A stretch of DNA of 44,648 nucleotides from an uncultured Candidatus Saccharibacteria bacterium (GCA_964433715.1 CAYSSL010000001.1:1-44648), one strand, 5' to 3'. Shown: positions 1 to 8,333, counted from the first letter of the stretch. Numbers and translations: made by a program. The notes: generated by a model not told the origin, from the letters alone.

Positions 1-2
1 TG

Positions 3-74
3 TGCCCCTGGCCGGAATCGAACCAGCATCTATCCCTTAGGACGGGACTGTTCTATCCATTGAACTACGGGGGC
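3..74 (-). tRNA. tRNA-Arg (anticodon CCT)
   Basis: The reverse complement folds as a cloverleaf. Acceptor GCCCCCG/CAGGGGC has one C-A mismatch. The D arm is GTTC..GAAC. The anticodon stem GTCCC/GGGAT carries loop GTCCTAA. The T arm is GCTGG-TTCGATT-CCGGC. Confidence 0.85.
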
Positions 75-79
75 AAACT

Positions 80-102
80 AAAAACGGGCGGAACTTCCGC
101 CC
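80..102 (-). terminator. Rho-independent terminator after the glutaredoxin-like gene
   Basis: Stem gggcgg (86-91) pairs with ccgccc (97-102) around a 5-nt loop. An A-run lies on the + side, giving a U-run on the minus transcript. Confidence 0.7.
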
Positions 103-128
103 ATTTTGGCACATTTGGATGGTTTTAT

Positions 129-365
129 CTATAGACCTAGGAGCTCTTTCAATCGATCTTCATCAAAACCAATAACCATTTCATTGTCCACAAAGATTAC
201 CGGAACACCTCGTTGGCCACTTTTTTCTACCATTTCATTAATCCGTGCTGGATTTTCGCTCAAATTAACATCCTCAAAAGCGACATTATTTTCAGTAAAA
301 AATTCTTTTGCCATATGACAAAAATGACAAGTGGAAGTACTATAAATTACTACTTTTTTATCCAT
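129..365 (-). CDS. small glutaredoxin/NrdH-like thiol-disulfide protein
   Basis: 78-aa ORF with an N-terminal CxxC (STCHFC). Its length and the GVPVIFV...G pattern are typical of glutaredoxin-fold proteins. Confidence 0.8.
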   Translation of the reverse strand: MDKKVVIYSTSTCHFCHMAKEFFTENNVAFEDVNLSENPARINEMVEKSGQRGVPVIFVDNEMVIGFDEDRLKELLGL

Positions 366-395
366 AAGCGAAAGAGGCTTAAAATTTTAATTAAT

Positions 396-692
396 TTATT
401 GTATCACACGTTCTAAATACTCCGAAATGTTATCCATTTGGCTTACTTTGTTCCGTTTTTTATAGCCACAGTCCACACATTTATGAGTAATAATAAATTC
501 ATCACCATTTTTTTCTAACTGTTCTGGCTCCATTAGCCCCCCACATTTGGCCGCTCGATCACCGGGGTTTACATCCACATGTTTACTCCATAAACAATGC
601 GGGCAGTGGTTGGTGTAGCCGTCACCTTTTACCGGCTTGTCACAATAGCCACAAACAAAGTCCTCTTTTAAACGTTTGAAGTTTTGAGCCAT
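396..692 (-). CDS. RNHCP-domain zinc-ribbon protein
   Basis: 98-aa ORF with Cys/His clusters (CGYC, NHCPHC, CVDC). The block YTNHCPHCLWSKHVD matches the RNHCP domain signature as I recall it. No obvious SD precedes the ATG. Confidence 0.7.
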   Translation of the reverse strand: MAQNFKRLKEDFVCGYCDKPVKGDGYTNHCPHCLWSKHVDVNPGDRAAKCGGLMEPEQLEKNGDEFIITHKCVDCGYKKRNKVSQMDNISEYLERVIQ

Positions 693-704
693 AAATTTAA
701 ATAG

Positions 705-913
705 TGCGGGTAGGGAATCTCCCGCGACTCAAAACTTTTTCGCCAAAAAGTTTTGGTCTGGGCACCTGCCCGCTCGTGCCTTGCATGGCAGGCGGGCCGG
801 CTCGCGCCAAAATTTTGCTAAATTTCGACTTCGTGCGCTCCGCCGTTCGATTCCCCCTACCCGACGACAAAAACATAGTCCCCTAAAGCTTTGCTTTTGG
901 CTCCTTGTTTTTG
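705..913 (-). other. structured module downstream of tRNA-Gly: conserved trailer, then a GC-rich core bracketed by inverted and direct copies of the tRNA-Gly 3' end
   Basis: 845-863 (gttcgattccccctacccg) is the exact reverse complement of 916-934 inside the tRNA gene. 705-719 (tgcgggtagggaatc) repeats 914-930 in the same orientation with a 2-nt gap. A perfect 11-bp hairpin lies at 730-755. A homologous module sits at 12649-12827. Confidence 0.6.
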
Positions 914-984
914 TGCGGGTAGGGGGAATCGAACCCCCGTCTCAACCTTGGGAAGGTCGTGTCATACCACTAAACTATACCCGC
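914..984 (-). tRNA. tRNA-Gly (anticodon CCC)
   Basis: Reverse complement GCGGGTATAGTTTAGTGGTATGACACGACCTTCCCAAGGTTGAGACGGGGGTTCGATTCCCCCTACCCGCA. The acceptor is GCGGGTA/TACCCGC. The anticodon stem CGACC/GGTTG carries loop TTCCCAA. The T arm is GGGGG-TTCGATT-CCCCC. CCA is not encoded. Confidence 0.9.
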
Positions 985-995
985 GAGCAAAACTT

Positions 996-1391
996 CTACC
1001 AACTAAACAGCCGCTCCAACGCCCCAACCGCCGCAGTAAACCAATTATTAATATCCTCATCACCCTTTACACCACTTGTAGGCTTTTCGGCATCAACCAC
1101 CATTATTACCTTTTCACCAGGCAACAAAACTGAATAGTTTTGTCTAATAACCTCTTCTTCACCGCGCTCGGTTGCCAACCATTTAACCTTATCCTGCAAT
1201 TCTTTTTTTTGTGTCTCTAGTTCACGCAGTTCACTCTCAGCCTGAGTTCGTCCCACTTCAGCCAAACGATTTTTGGCATAAACACCCCAAACTGCCTTAC
1301 TTAAAAACAAGATAAGAACAGCTAAAACAACAAGTGTAATTTTATAAAAGATAGAGCGTTTAATACGCCGGCGACCTTGAAAATCCTGCAT
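996..1391 (-). CDS. FtsB/DivIC-like septum formation initiator (single TM plus coiled coil)
   Basis: 131-aa ORF with a basic N-terminus, one TM helix and a heptad-like region (ESELRELETQKKELQDKVKWL). This architecture is typical of DivIC/FtsB. The assignment rests on architecture only. Confidence 0.5.
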   Translation of the reverse strand: MQDFQGRRRIKRSIFYKITLVVLAVLILFLSKAVWGVYAKNRLAEVGRTQAESELRELETQKKELQDKVKWLATERGEEEVIRQNYSVLLPGEKVIMVVDAEKPTSGVKGDEDINNWFTAAVGALERLFSW

Positions 1392-1413
1392 TGTAAGCCT
1401 ATACTACTACAGT

Positions 1414-1527
1414 ATGTTATATGGACGCAAACAGCAGAAATACATCAGAATCATCGCGATTATTGTTTCTATCCTCACCATTTTGAGTATGATCGCACTG
1501 TATTCTTTCCCCTTCCTATTCCGCTGA
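1414..1527 (+). CDS. candidate 37-aa small membrane protein (not in the ORF track)
   Basis: ATG at 1414 encodes MLYGRKQQKYIRIIAIIVSILTILSMIALYSFPFLFR, a basic N-terminus followed by one hydrophobic helix. It is preceded by TTGAAA(1377-1382)-17 nt-TATACT(1400-1405). There is no SD, so it would be a leaderless mRNA. Its last 12 nt overlap the lepA 3' end. Confidence 0.3.
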   Translation: MLYGRKQQKYIRIIAIIVSILTILSMIALYSFPFLFR

Positions 1528-3315
1528 TTTCATCATCTTTAGAAAGACTTCTTGCGGGATATTAACCTTGCCTATTTTTTGCATCTTCTTTTTGCCTTTT
1601 TTCTGCTTTTCCCGCAACTTCATTTTGCGCGTAATATCCCCACCATACAAATAATCAGTCACATCTTTGCGTAAAGCAGAGATCGTCCGCGAGGCAATAA
1701 TTCGCCCCAACGCTTTACTCTGAATCTTTATATTAATAAGTTGACGGGGAAGAAGTTTTTTAAGTTTATCAGCCGCCTCTTCAGCCTCAATATCTACCCT
1801 CCGTCTAGCAACAACCCTAGAAAAAGCGGCGACGATTTCTTCATTGACCAAAATATCCAACCGCACCACATCGGCCGGTCGTGACTCCCCTAGAATATAA
1901 GAAAAGCTGGCATAACCAGAAGTTACACTTTTTACCTCATCAAAAAAATTGCGCATCAGTTCACGCAACGGCATATGTAAAGTAAGGCTAGTCCGATTAT
2001 CGCCAAAGTTATCCATATCGGCAACTTCTGCTTCGTGTTCGTACAAAAGAGACATTAAACTATTTAAATATTCTAGCGGTAAAATAAGTTTAACCGTGAC
2101 CCAAGTTTCCTTGACCTCTTTACCCTTTAAATCTTCGGGAAAAAGGTGGGGAGAATATATTTTCTCCACTTCACCAGTCTGAACATCAGTAATCTCATAA
2201 CTAATAGTTGGGGTCGCAATAATAAGGGACAGATTAAATTCTCGCCGTAAACGCTCGGTAATAATTTCCAAGTGAAGCATCCCCAAAAAACCACAACGAA
2301 AACCCCGCCCAAGGGCACCCGAAGATTCTTCTTCAAAAGACAGTGAAGCGTCTTCCAGCGCCAGCCTTTCTAAGGCTTGTCGCAACAAAGCAAAGTCATC
2401 CTGACCCTCTGGATAGACACTAGCCCACACCACCGGCGGAGCTGTCTTATACCCTGGTACAGCCGCCAGAGGGTTGGTAGGAGATACCAAAGTATCGCCC
2501 ACCTTTGCTCCGCCGGCCTGCTTAATACCGGTCACAATATAGCCAATTTCTCCGGCAGACACCGTATCTACCGCTGTTTGTAGTGGCGTAAAAACACCAG
2601 CTTCTAATACTGAAAATTTTTCTCCCGAACCAGCCAAAACCAAAGTGTCTCCTTTTTTTAAACTACCATCCAACATTCGGGCATATACAATAACCCCTCG
2701 GTGGGTAGAATAGGAAAAATCAAAAACTAGACCACGGGGACCTTTGGCTTCATATTCAGACACCGGAGGCGGGACGCGTTCAATAATTGCCGACAAGAGA
2801 TCTGTTACCCCCTCGCCAGTTTTTCCAGACACCGCCACAATAAGTTCCCGCTTACAACCTAAAAGTTTTACTACTTCATCTTTAGTTTCTTCCACTCGAG
2901 CACTAGGTAAATCAATTTTATTTATTACCGGTATAATTACCAGATTTTCCGCCCGCGCCATATCAAGTACCGACAAAGTCTGGGCCTGTACTCCTTGTGT
3001 CGCATCAACTAAAAGTAGCACCCCCTCCACCGCCTTAAGGGCCCGCGACACTTCATAAGAAAAATCAATATGCCCCGGAGTATCAATAAGATTGAGGACA
3101 TAGGGTTCATCCCGATAGGAATATTTCATTCGGACGGGTTGCATTTTGATTGTAATCCCCCGCTCCCTTTCAAGATCCATAGAATCAAGGACTTGCTCCT
3201 TCATTTTACGCTTCTCAATAGTAGCGGTTATTTCTAGCATTCTATCAGCCAAGGTTGATTTGCCGTGGTCAATATGAGCAATTATAGAAAAATTTCGTAT
3301 GGCCTTTTGAGTCAT
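1516..3315 (-). CDS. lepA: elongation factor 4 (LepA)
   Basis: 599 aa with GTPase motifs AHIDHGKST, DTPGH and NKID, plus the LepA-specific C-terminal region. Confidence 0.95.
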   Translation of the reverse strand: MTQKAIRNFSIIAHIDHGKSTLADRMLEITATIEKRKMKEQVLDSMDLERERGITIKMQPVRMKYSYRDEPYVLNLIDTPGHIDFSYEVSRALKAVEGVLLLVDATQGVQAQTLSVLDMARAENLVIIPVINKIDLPSARVEETKDEVVKLLGCKRELIVAVSGKTGEGVTDLLSAIIERVPPPVSEYEAKGPRGLVFDFSYSTHRGVIVYARMLDGSLKKGDTLVLAGSGEKFSVLEAGVFTPLQTAVDTVSAGEIGYIVTGIKQAGGAKVGDTLVSPTNPLAAVPGYKTAPPVVWASVYPEGQDDFALLRQALERLALEDASLSFEEESSGALGRGFRCGFLGMLHLEIITERLRREFNLSLIIATPTISYEITDVQTGEVEKIYSPHLFPEDLKGKEVKETWVTVKLILPLEYLNSLMSLLYEHEAEVADMDNFGDNRTSLTLHMPLRELMRNFFDEVKSVTSGYASFSYILGESRPADVVRLDILVNEEIVAAFSRVVARRRVDIEAEEAADKLKKLLPRQLINIKIQSKALGRIIASRTISALRKDVTDYLYGGDITRKMKLREKQKKGKKKMQKIGKVNIPQEVFLKMMKSAE

Positions 3316-3351
3316 AGGCTTAATACTAACTTAATATAGCCGTAGAGCAAG

Positions 3352-5028
3352 CTAAATTTCCTCTTCCCCCACCCTAATAGGTTCACGCCAAACTCGAGCC
3401 GACAAAGCATTAATAAATTCAGAAAGTTCAACATTTTTAAAGATAAACAACAAAGCGCCAGCAGAAACTAAGCCAAACATCCCAGCGCCAAAACCTTGAA
3501 GAAAAACTCCGGAATAAGTTTCTTGATTTATATATGGCAAAAGAATATTTAATGAATGGTAAGCAGTAAAACCAGCCATTACCGCCGCCGCGAAAGATTG
3601 AAACGCCGAGCGATAAACCAATGGATCAAATGGCGCAAAATCTCGGCCGAAAATTAGCCAATATATAAGAGCATTAACCGTAATACCAAAAGAATAAGCC
3701 AAGGGTAACATTAAAATACTAGTACCCGGAACCATATCTACTCTCAAGAGTATTTCAATAAAATAACGGAATATTAAAATGTGATCAAAAAGATAAGTGA
3801 AAATAAAAGCCGCTAAAATAATAACCGTAGAAGAAAATATATTTACAAACAAAGGCACTTTGGTTCTTCCGCTAGCATAATAAGCACGGACAAACAGCTG
3901 AACAAAACTCTGAGCCACAACCGACACCACAAACAAAGATAGTGCGGCGGCCACCAAACGAGTATCGGACCAGCTAAAATTTCCTGAACCTAAAATAACC
4001 CGCACAATTTGAGCACGCAAAATAATAAACAGGGTCATTGCCGGCAAAGACCAAAACAAAATATGTCTAATGGCTGTCTCAATTTTGCCAACAAATTTTT
4101 TTGTTTCTCCTTTTGAAAACAAGGCGGCTAAAGTAGGAAAAGCGGCCACCGAATAACTCACCCCGATAATAATAAGGGGTACCGACTGCAAATTAAAAGC
4201 AAAATTAAATACCGCAATAGAACCAACAGCCATCAGAGATCCGATCCCAACCAAAACCGTCAACGATATCTGGTGAACAGCCAAGGTTAAAGTTCGAGGC
4301 AAAGAAACAACGACAACCTCTTTAATTTCCTTCCAGTCTATGCCCCAAGTTGGTCGAGGCATCAATCCCAGCCGATAGACACTAGGAATCTGTATCGCTA
4401 GATGAAAGATAGCGCCAATCACCACCCCCCACGCCAATCCCGCCAGACCATATAATGGGTACAACCACAAAATACCAATAATGAGCCCAATGTTGTACAA
4501 CACCGGACTCAAGGTATAAGCCAAAAATTTACGATAACTTTGGGTAATAGCTCCCAAAAAATTTGATAGTCCAAGCAGAAGTGGCGACAACAACAAGATC
4601 CGAGATAAATATACCAAATCAGCCTGTGCGGATGACGAAAAGCCTTTAGCTATAAAAGGAGCCAAAAGGGGCATAAGCCAAAAAGCCAATAGTCCAACCA
4701 ATAAAGTGGCGAGAGAAAATACCGTGGCAATACTTGAAAGAAATTTTTCTACTTGGTGTGTCCCTTCTTTTTCTTTGTACCTTAAAATGAAAGGAATCAA
4801 AACGGTTACCGATACTATTGAGGCAAAAGTAACATAAATAAGATCGGGAATACGAAAAGCAGTATAGTAAATATCCAGTTCAGCCCCAGCCCCAAAAGTA
4901 GAGGCCAGCAGTCTATCTCTAACCAATGCCAAAACCTGAGCCGCCAGAGACGATAGACCCAAAAGAAAAGCAGCCTGATGAAGGCCACTCCATTCTTTAT
5001 AAAGAAGTGAGATTAGTCTGGTGACCAC
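3352..5028 (-). CDS. murJ: lipid II flippase MurJ/MviN family
   Basis: 558-aa polytopic membrane protein. The N-terminal region (AAQVLALVRDRLLASTFGAG..LDIYYTAFRIPDL) is typical of MurJ. Confidence 0.8.
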   Translation of the reverse strand: MVTRLISLLYKEWSGLHQAAFLLGLSSLAAQVLALVRDRLLASTFGAGAELDIYYTAFRIPDLIYVTFASIVSVTVLIPFILRYKEKEGTHQVEKFLSSIATVFSLATLLVGLLAFWLMPLLAPFIAKGFSSSAQADLVYLSRILLLSPLLLGLSNFLGAITQSYRKFLAYTLSPVLYNIGLIIGILWLYPLYGLAGLAWGVVIGAIFHLAIQIPSVYRLGLMPRPTWGIDWKEIKEVVVVSLPRTLTLAVHQISLTVLVGIGSLMAVGSIAVFNFAFNLQSVPLIIIGVSYSVAAFPTLAALFSKGETKKFVGKIETAIRHILFWSLPAMTLFIILRAQIVRVILGSGNFSWSDTRLVAAALSLFVVSVVAQSFVQLFVRAYYASGRTKVPLFVNIFSSTVIILAAFIFTYLFDHILIFRYFIEILLRVDMVPGTSILMLPLAYSFGITVNALIYWLIFGRDFAPFDPLVYRSAFQSFAAAVMAGFTAYHSLNILLPYINQETYSGVFLQGFGAGMFGLVSAGALLFIFKNVELSEFINALSARVWREPIRVGEEEI

Positions 5029-5042
5029 GGTATAATAACCCT

Positions 5043-7508
5043 TTAATTTTCAGTCTGATCAGTTTCCTCTTCACCTGTCTTAGCGGCAGCATCCTCCTCT
5101 GGTGTCTCCGCTTCAGTCGTCTTGGCTGGTCCAATACCAGATAGGGCGTCACGACCAGCACGAAGGTTGCGAACAATCTGAGCCACCTCGGCATTATCGG
5201 GATTAAACTTAGCAATCAACTCAAATTGCTCCAATGCCTTGGCTGTTAAACCCTGAGCATCATAAGCTAAACCTAAAAAGTAAGAAGCGTTGGCATTAAG
5301 CCCATTAGGACTGAGGGTTTGCACTTTTTTCATCGCCTGAATTGACCCCTCATAGTCGCCGGCGCGATAACGCAAGAAACCTAGTTGGAAAAACAAGCTC
5401 GGATCATTTGGCATCGTAGCTACAGCCTTTTCTAGTCGTTCAATCGCAGCCATAGTACCAGACCCCTCAAGATCTAGCTGAGTCAGCAATAAAATAGAAG
5501 AGGTATAATTGGTTTTTATTGCCAAAGCTTGCTCTAGGTAGTTGCGCGCACTATTAAACTTGCTTTGACTAATTTCTAGTCGCGCCAAAGCCAACAAGAT
5601 CTCAGGATTATTAGGGTACTCTTTTAGAGTTGCCTGATAAATACCAAGGGCCTGATCATAAGCTCTAGGAATTTTAAGATTGGACAGATATTCATACACA
5701 CCGCCATGAGTCATGTGGTTAGTATAATCGGCCGGATTAAGACGCACCGCTTCGCCCGCTGCCCCAATTGCGACAGTTACAATATTTTGCAATAAAGGTT
5801 GAGCTGTTTCTTTGTCTACTTCAGACGAAGACAAAAGACCGTTCATTTCCCTAATTTTGTTTTCAGCTAAAGCCCGATAATAAAGAGGGTCGCCAGAATT
5901 TAAGTTTATAGACTTTACTAAAAGATTGTTGGCATTAGTAAAGTTACCAAGAGACAATTCGTTTACCGCCTTTTGATAAGTCACCACTGACCAAAAACGC
6001 TGGATCAACAGATAGCCACCAGCAATAGTAACTATTAGTAGTAACACCAACACCAAGAGGGCGGCAAAATAGTTTCTAGGGTTAGAATGTAATTTTATCT
6101 CTCTAATCGGCACAATTTTACTAGCAGACAAAGTGGCAATAAAAATTCCAGACATAACAAACAACATCGGAAGGCCAATTGAATCAGGAGTATAGATTAT
6201 GGACATTACCCAAAAATAAACCATTCCCACAAACGACAGGGTGATCAAAAACTGACTCAATGGGTCAGTTGACCAAATACGGAAAGCTTTGACAGCAACA
6301 TACAGCAACGAACCAGCCAAAAACAACCAAGCTAATATACCCAATATCCCAGTGGTAACAGCAAAAGTGGGCAATATTCCGACCGCATCTGCAAAATTAA
6401 CATTCCAGTACTGCAATTCGTTAATCAATCTTGGTTTATGCACCGCCCAAGCGTTAGAAAAATTACTTGGACCAATACCAGTGAGAGGGTCTTTCATTAA
6501 AACTTCTTTGGCCACCGCTCCAGTACTAGACCAGCTTGGTCGAGCCTCCAAAAAAGAAATGTTTAAAGTAGAATAAGCACTGTTTAGTTTTTCTGCCAAA
6601 AGTCCACCCTGTCGACCCAAAATCAAAAACAAAAGAGCCACCAAAACTACAAAAAATGATGCTCTAAATACTTTTTGCCCGCCAAGAAACCCTTGAGGAC
6701 TAACTCCATTCCCCCTCAATTCTCGAGAACTTACCGTAATACCATAAACAAAAGTTAAAAGCGCCACCAAGCCAACCACCACCCAGCCGGCGATAAAATT
6801 AGTGAAAGACATCATCAACAAAGACAGAACAAGAGAGGTGATGGAAAGGCGTTTTAAGATAACACTGTCCCCTGTCGCCGATAATTCCAACATTAAAAGC
6901 GAAACAATAGAGGTAAAACCAAAAAACACGCTCATTTCAAACCATTTACCAATCAGACTTTGGGGTAAAAAATTAAATATAGAGGTCGTAATCAAACCAC
7001 CAACTGCAAATATAACAATCTGATAAACCGCCAAAACTATTGAGGACAGAGATATGACAAGATATAAATTAAATATCTTCTTCCGACTATCAAAGAGAGT
7101 GGCAACCAAGAAAAATGAAATGGCTAAAGCAATAATAGAAAAAGCTGTCCCCGATTGATACAAGGGACCAACTAAAGAGTAGTAAGGATTTACCGAAAAT
7201 ATGCCCGAAATAACAAACGACAGTGGAACCAAAGCTAGGGCTAACATCGGCAACGTCCAAGGTATTTTTATTTCACCTTCTTGGAGACGACCGACTAGCC
7301 ACAAGGCAATTGTGACGACCAGCAAACTAAGTAAAAAGAACTTTTTACTTACATCTGGTGCAAGACCTATCATCCAAAAAGAAACGAGGGGAAGGACAAT
7401 AATACTCGCAAACTGGACCCAATAAGCCGCCATGTCGGCCGTAATAAAAGAAGCTCTCTTTTCCGTCAACAACGTTCGACCAGTGGACATATTTTTTACT
7501 ATGGACAT
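5043..7508 (-). CDS. O-antigen ligase (Wzy_C)-like polytopic membrane protein with C-terminal TPR repeats
   Basis: 821 aa. About 500 aa have many TM helices. A soluble tail follows with repeated A/Y/L TPR-like units (e.g. YYRALAENK, ALGIYQATLKEYPNNPE, FFQLGFLRYRAGDYEGS). Confidence 0.65.
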   Translation of the reverse strand: MSIVKNMSTGRTLLTEKRASFITADMAAYWVQFASIIVLPLVSFWMIGLAPDVSKKFFLLSLLVVTIALWLVGRLQEGEIKIPWTLPMLALALVPLSFVISGIFSVNPYYSLVGPLYQSGTAFSIIALAISFFLVATLFDSRKKIFNLYLVISLSSIVLAVYQIVIFAVGGLITTSIFNFLPQSLIGKWFEMSVFFGFTSIVSLLMLELSATGDSVILKRLSITSLVLSLLMMSFTNFIAGWVVVGLVALLTFVYGITVSSRELRGNGVSPQGFLGGQKVFRASFFVVLVALLFLILGRQGGLLAEKLNSAYSTLNISFLEARPSWSSTGAVAKEVLMKDPLTGIGPSNFSNAWAVHKPRLINELQYWNVNFADAVGILPTFAVTTGILGILAWLFLAGSLLYVAVKAFRIWSTDPLSQFLITLSFVGMVYFWVMSIIYTPDSIGLPMLFVMSGIFIATLSASKIVPIREIKLHSNPRNYFAALLVLVLLLIVTIAGGYLLIQRFWSVVTYQKAVNELSLGNFTNANNLLVKSINLNSGDPLYYRALAENKIREMNGLLSSSEVDKETAQPLLQNIVTVAIGAAGEAVRLNPADYTNHMTHGGVYEYLSNLKIPRAYDQALGIYQATLKEYPNNPEILLALARLEISQSKFNSARNYLEQALAIKTNYTSSILLLTQLDLEGSGTMAAIERLEKAVATMPNDPSLFFQLGFLRYRAGDYEGSIQAMKKVQTLSPNGLNANASYFLGLAYDAQGLTAKALEQFELIAKFNPDNAEVAQIVRNLRAGRDALSGIGPAKTTEAETPEEDAAAKTGEEETDQTEN

Positions 7509-7577
7509 AAATATATTAATAGTTAGCTTATTTTCTTACTATAAGTATACTAAATCACAAGATTAAGCACCACTATT

Positions 7578-7796
7578 ATGAAAAAACCTCCTGAGGCCAA
7601 ATTGGGTCATATTTTAGTTAGCGAAGCCGCTTCCCTGTTAGGAGTAAAAGTTTCCACCTTACGCCTATGGGACAAATCGGGGGAATTGAAAGCGGGGCGT
7701 AACCCCCAAACAAACTATCGATTATATAAAATCCGAGACCTAGAGCTGTTTGCTCGCCTCAAAAATCTAAAACCCAAAAGGCAACTTAGACCATAA
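7578..7796 (+). CDS. MerR/excisionase-type helix-turn-helix protein
   Basis: 72 aa. The block VSEAASLLGVKVSTLRLWDKSGEL..R..NYRLY matches the MerR-family HTH pattern. Confidence 0.55.
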   Translation: MKKPPEAKLGHILVSEAASLLGVKVSTLRLWDKSGELKAGRNPQTNYRLYKIRDLELFARLKNLKPKRQLRP

Positions 7797-7811
7797 TAAC
7801 CAAAAAGAGAA

Positions 7812-7840
7812 AAACCTCTCGCTTGCGCGAAAGGTTTTTC
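7812..7840. terminator. bidirectional hairpin between the HTH gene and rnpB
   Basis: cctctcgc / gcgaaagg stem with one mismatch, flanked by an A-run and a T-run. Confidence 0.5.
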
Positions 7841-7848
7841 ATATTTTT

Positions 7849-8272
7849 GTCTCCTGTCTATAAGCCGAATTCTGTATCCACCATAAGTGGACGACGATCA
7901 TTTATCTGGGATAACTGTTACCAGCTACCTCAAGCGGCACAAACCAAACTAAAAGTTTGGAGTACGGCCTTGCACTTAGATAGGTATTTAGCCGTTTCAA
8001 TCTCTAGGTTTCCCTAAAGCTTCACCCCGAAGGGTGCCCTCGTTTCTCAACTTGGGCGTCACTGCTCGCAACCCTCAGATTACTCTGGACGGGTGTTACC
8101 CGCTACCATGCTGCCCTGTGGAATAAAAAATTCAAAATATTACAGACACCAACCGTTGTCCTGAATCTGTTATATCACTAAACTTTAAACTCTTTATTCC
8201 ACAGGGCAAGTGTTCGGACTTTCCTCTATTTACGTAAATCAATACATAAACAGCGACCATCCAACAGGAGAC
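7849..8272 (-). ncRNA. rnpB: RNase P RNA
   Basis: The reverse complement carries GAGGAAAGTCCG (8215-8226, CR-I), ACAGAATTCGGCTTA (7861-7875, CR-V) and GGGTGAAGC..GGGAAAC. The P1 candidate pairs GTCTCCTGT (8264-8272) with ACAGGAGAC (7849-7857). The end coordinates are approximate. Confidence 0.85.
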
Positions 8273-8298
8273 TTCTCAAATTATAACACTTTACCAAC

Positions 8299-8333
8299 AA
8301 AAAAACAACCAAGATAGCCTTGGTTGTTTTTTT
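8299..8333. terminator. bidirectional terminator after nrdJ
   Basis: caaccaag (8306-8313) pairs with cttggttg (8319-8326), extended by A5/T5 runs on both sides. Confidence 0.75.

Noticed and set aside
705-863. Possibility that the tRNA-flanked module is tmRNA, SRP RNA, 6S RNA or an intron-containing or permuted tRNA
   Set aside because: There is no intact T arm, because the T-stem 5' strand is contiguous with the acceptor 5' strand. No tag-peptide ORF ends in a hydrophobic tail. No SRP GGAA/AGCA domain IV motif is present. At ~160 nt it is far too short for tmRNA. On the + strand the would-be T stem (CGCCG/CCCCC) cannot pair.
698-876. A ~58-codon minus-strand ORF running through the tRNA-Gly module (ATG at 876)
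   Set aside because: The homologous tRNA-Ser module has only a 24-codon unrelated ORF at the same place. Conservation is therefore at the nucleotide and structure level, not the protein level.
704-1137. Plus-strand ORFs of 60-118 aa (704-886, 781-1137, 891-1133) spanning the tRNA-Gly region
   Set aside because: They run antisense through a tRNA gene, the structured module and the ftsB-like gene. They have no SD and an Arg/Pro-rich composition typical of spurious frames.
7823-8017. 64-aa plus-strand ORF
   Set aside because: It lies entirely inside the RNase P RNA gene on the opposite strand.
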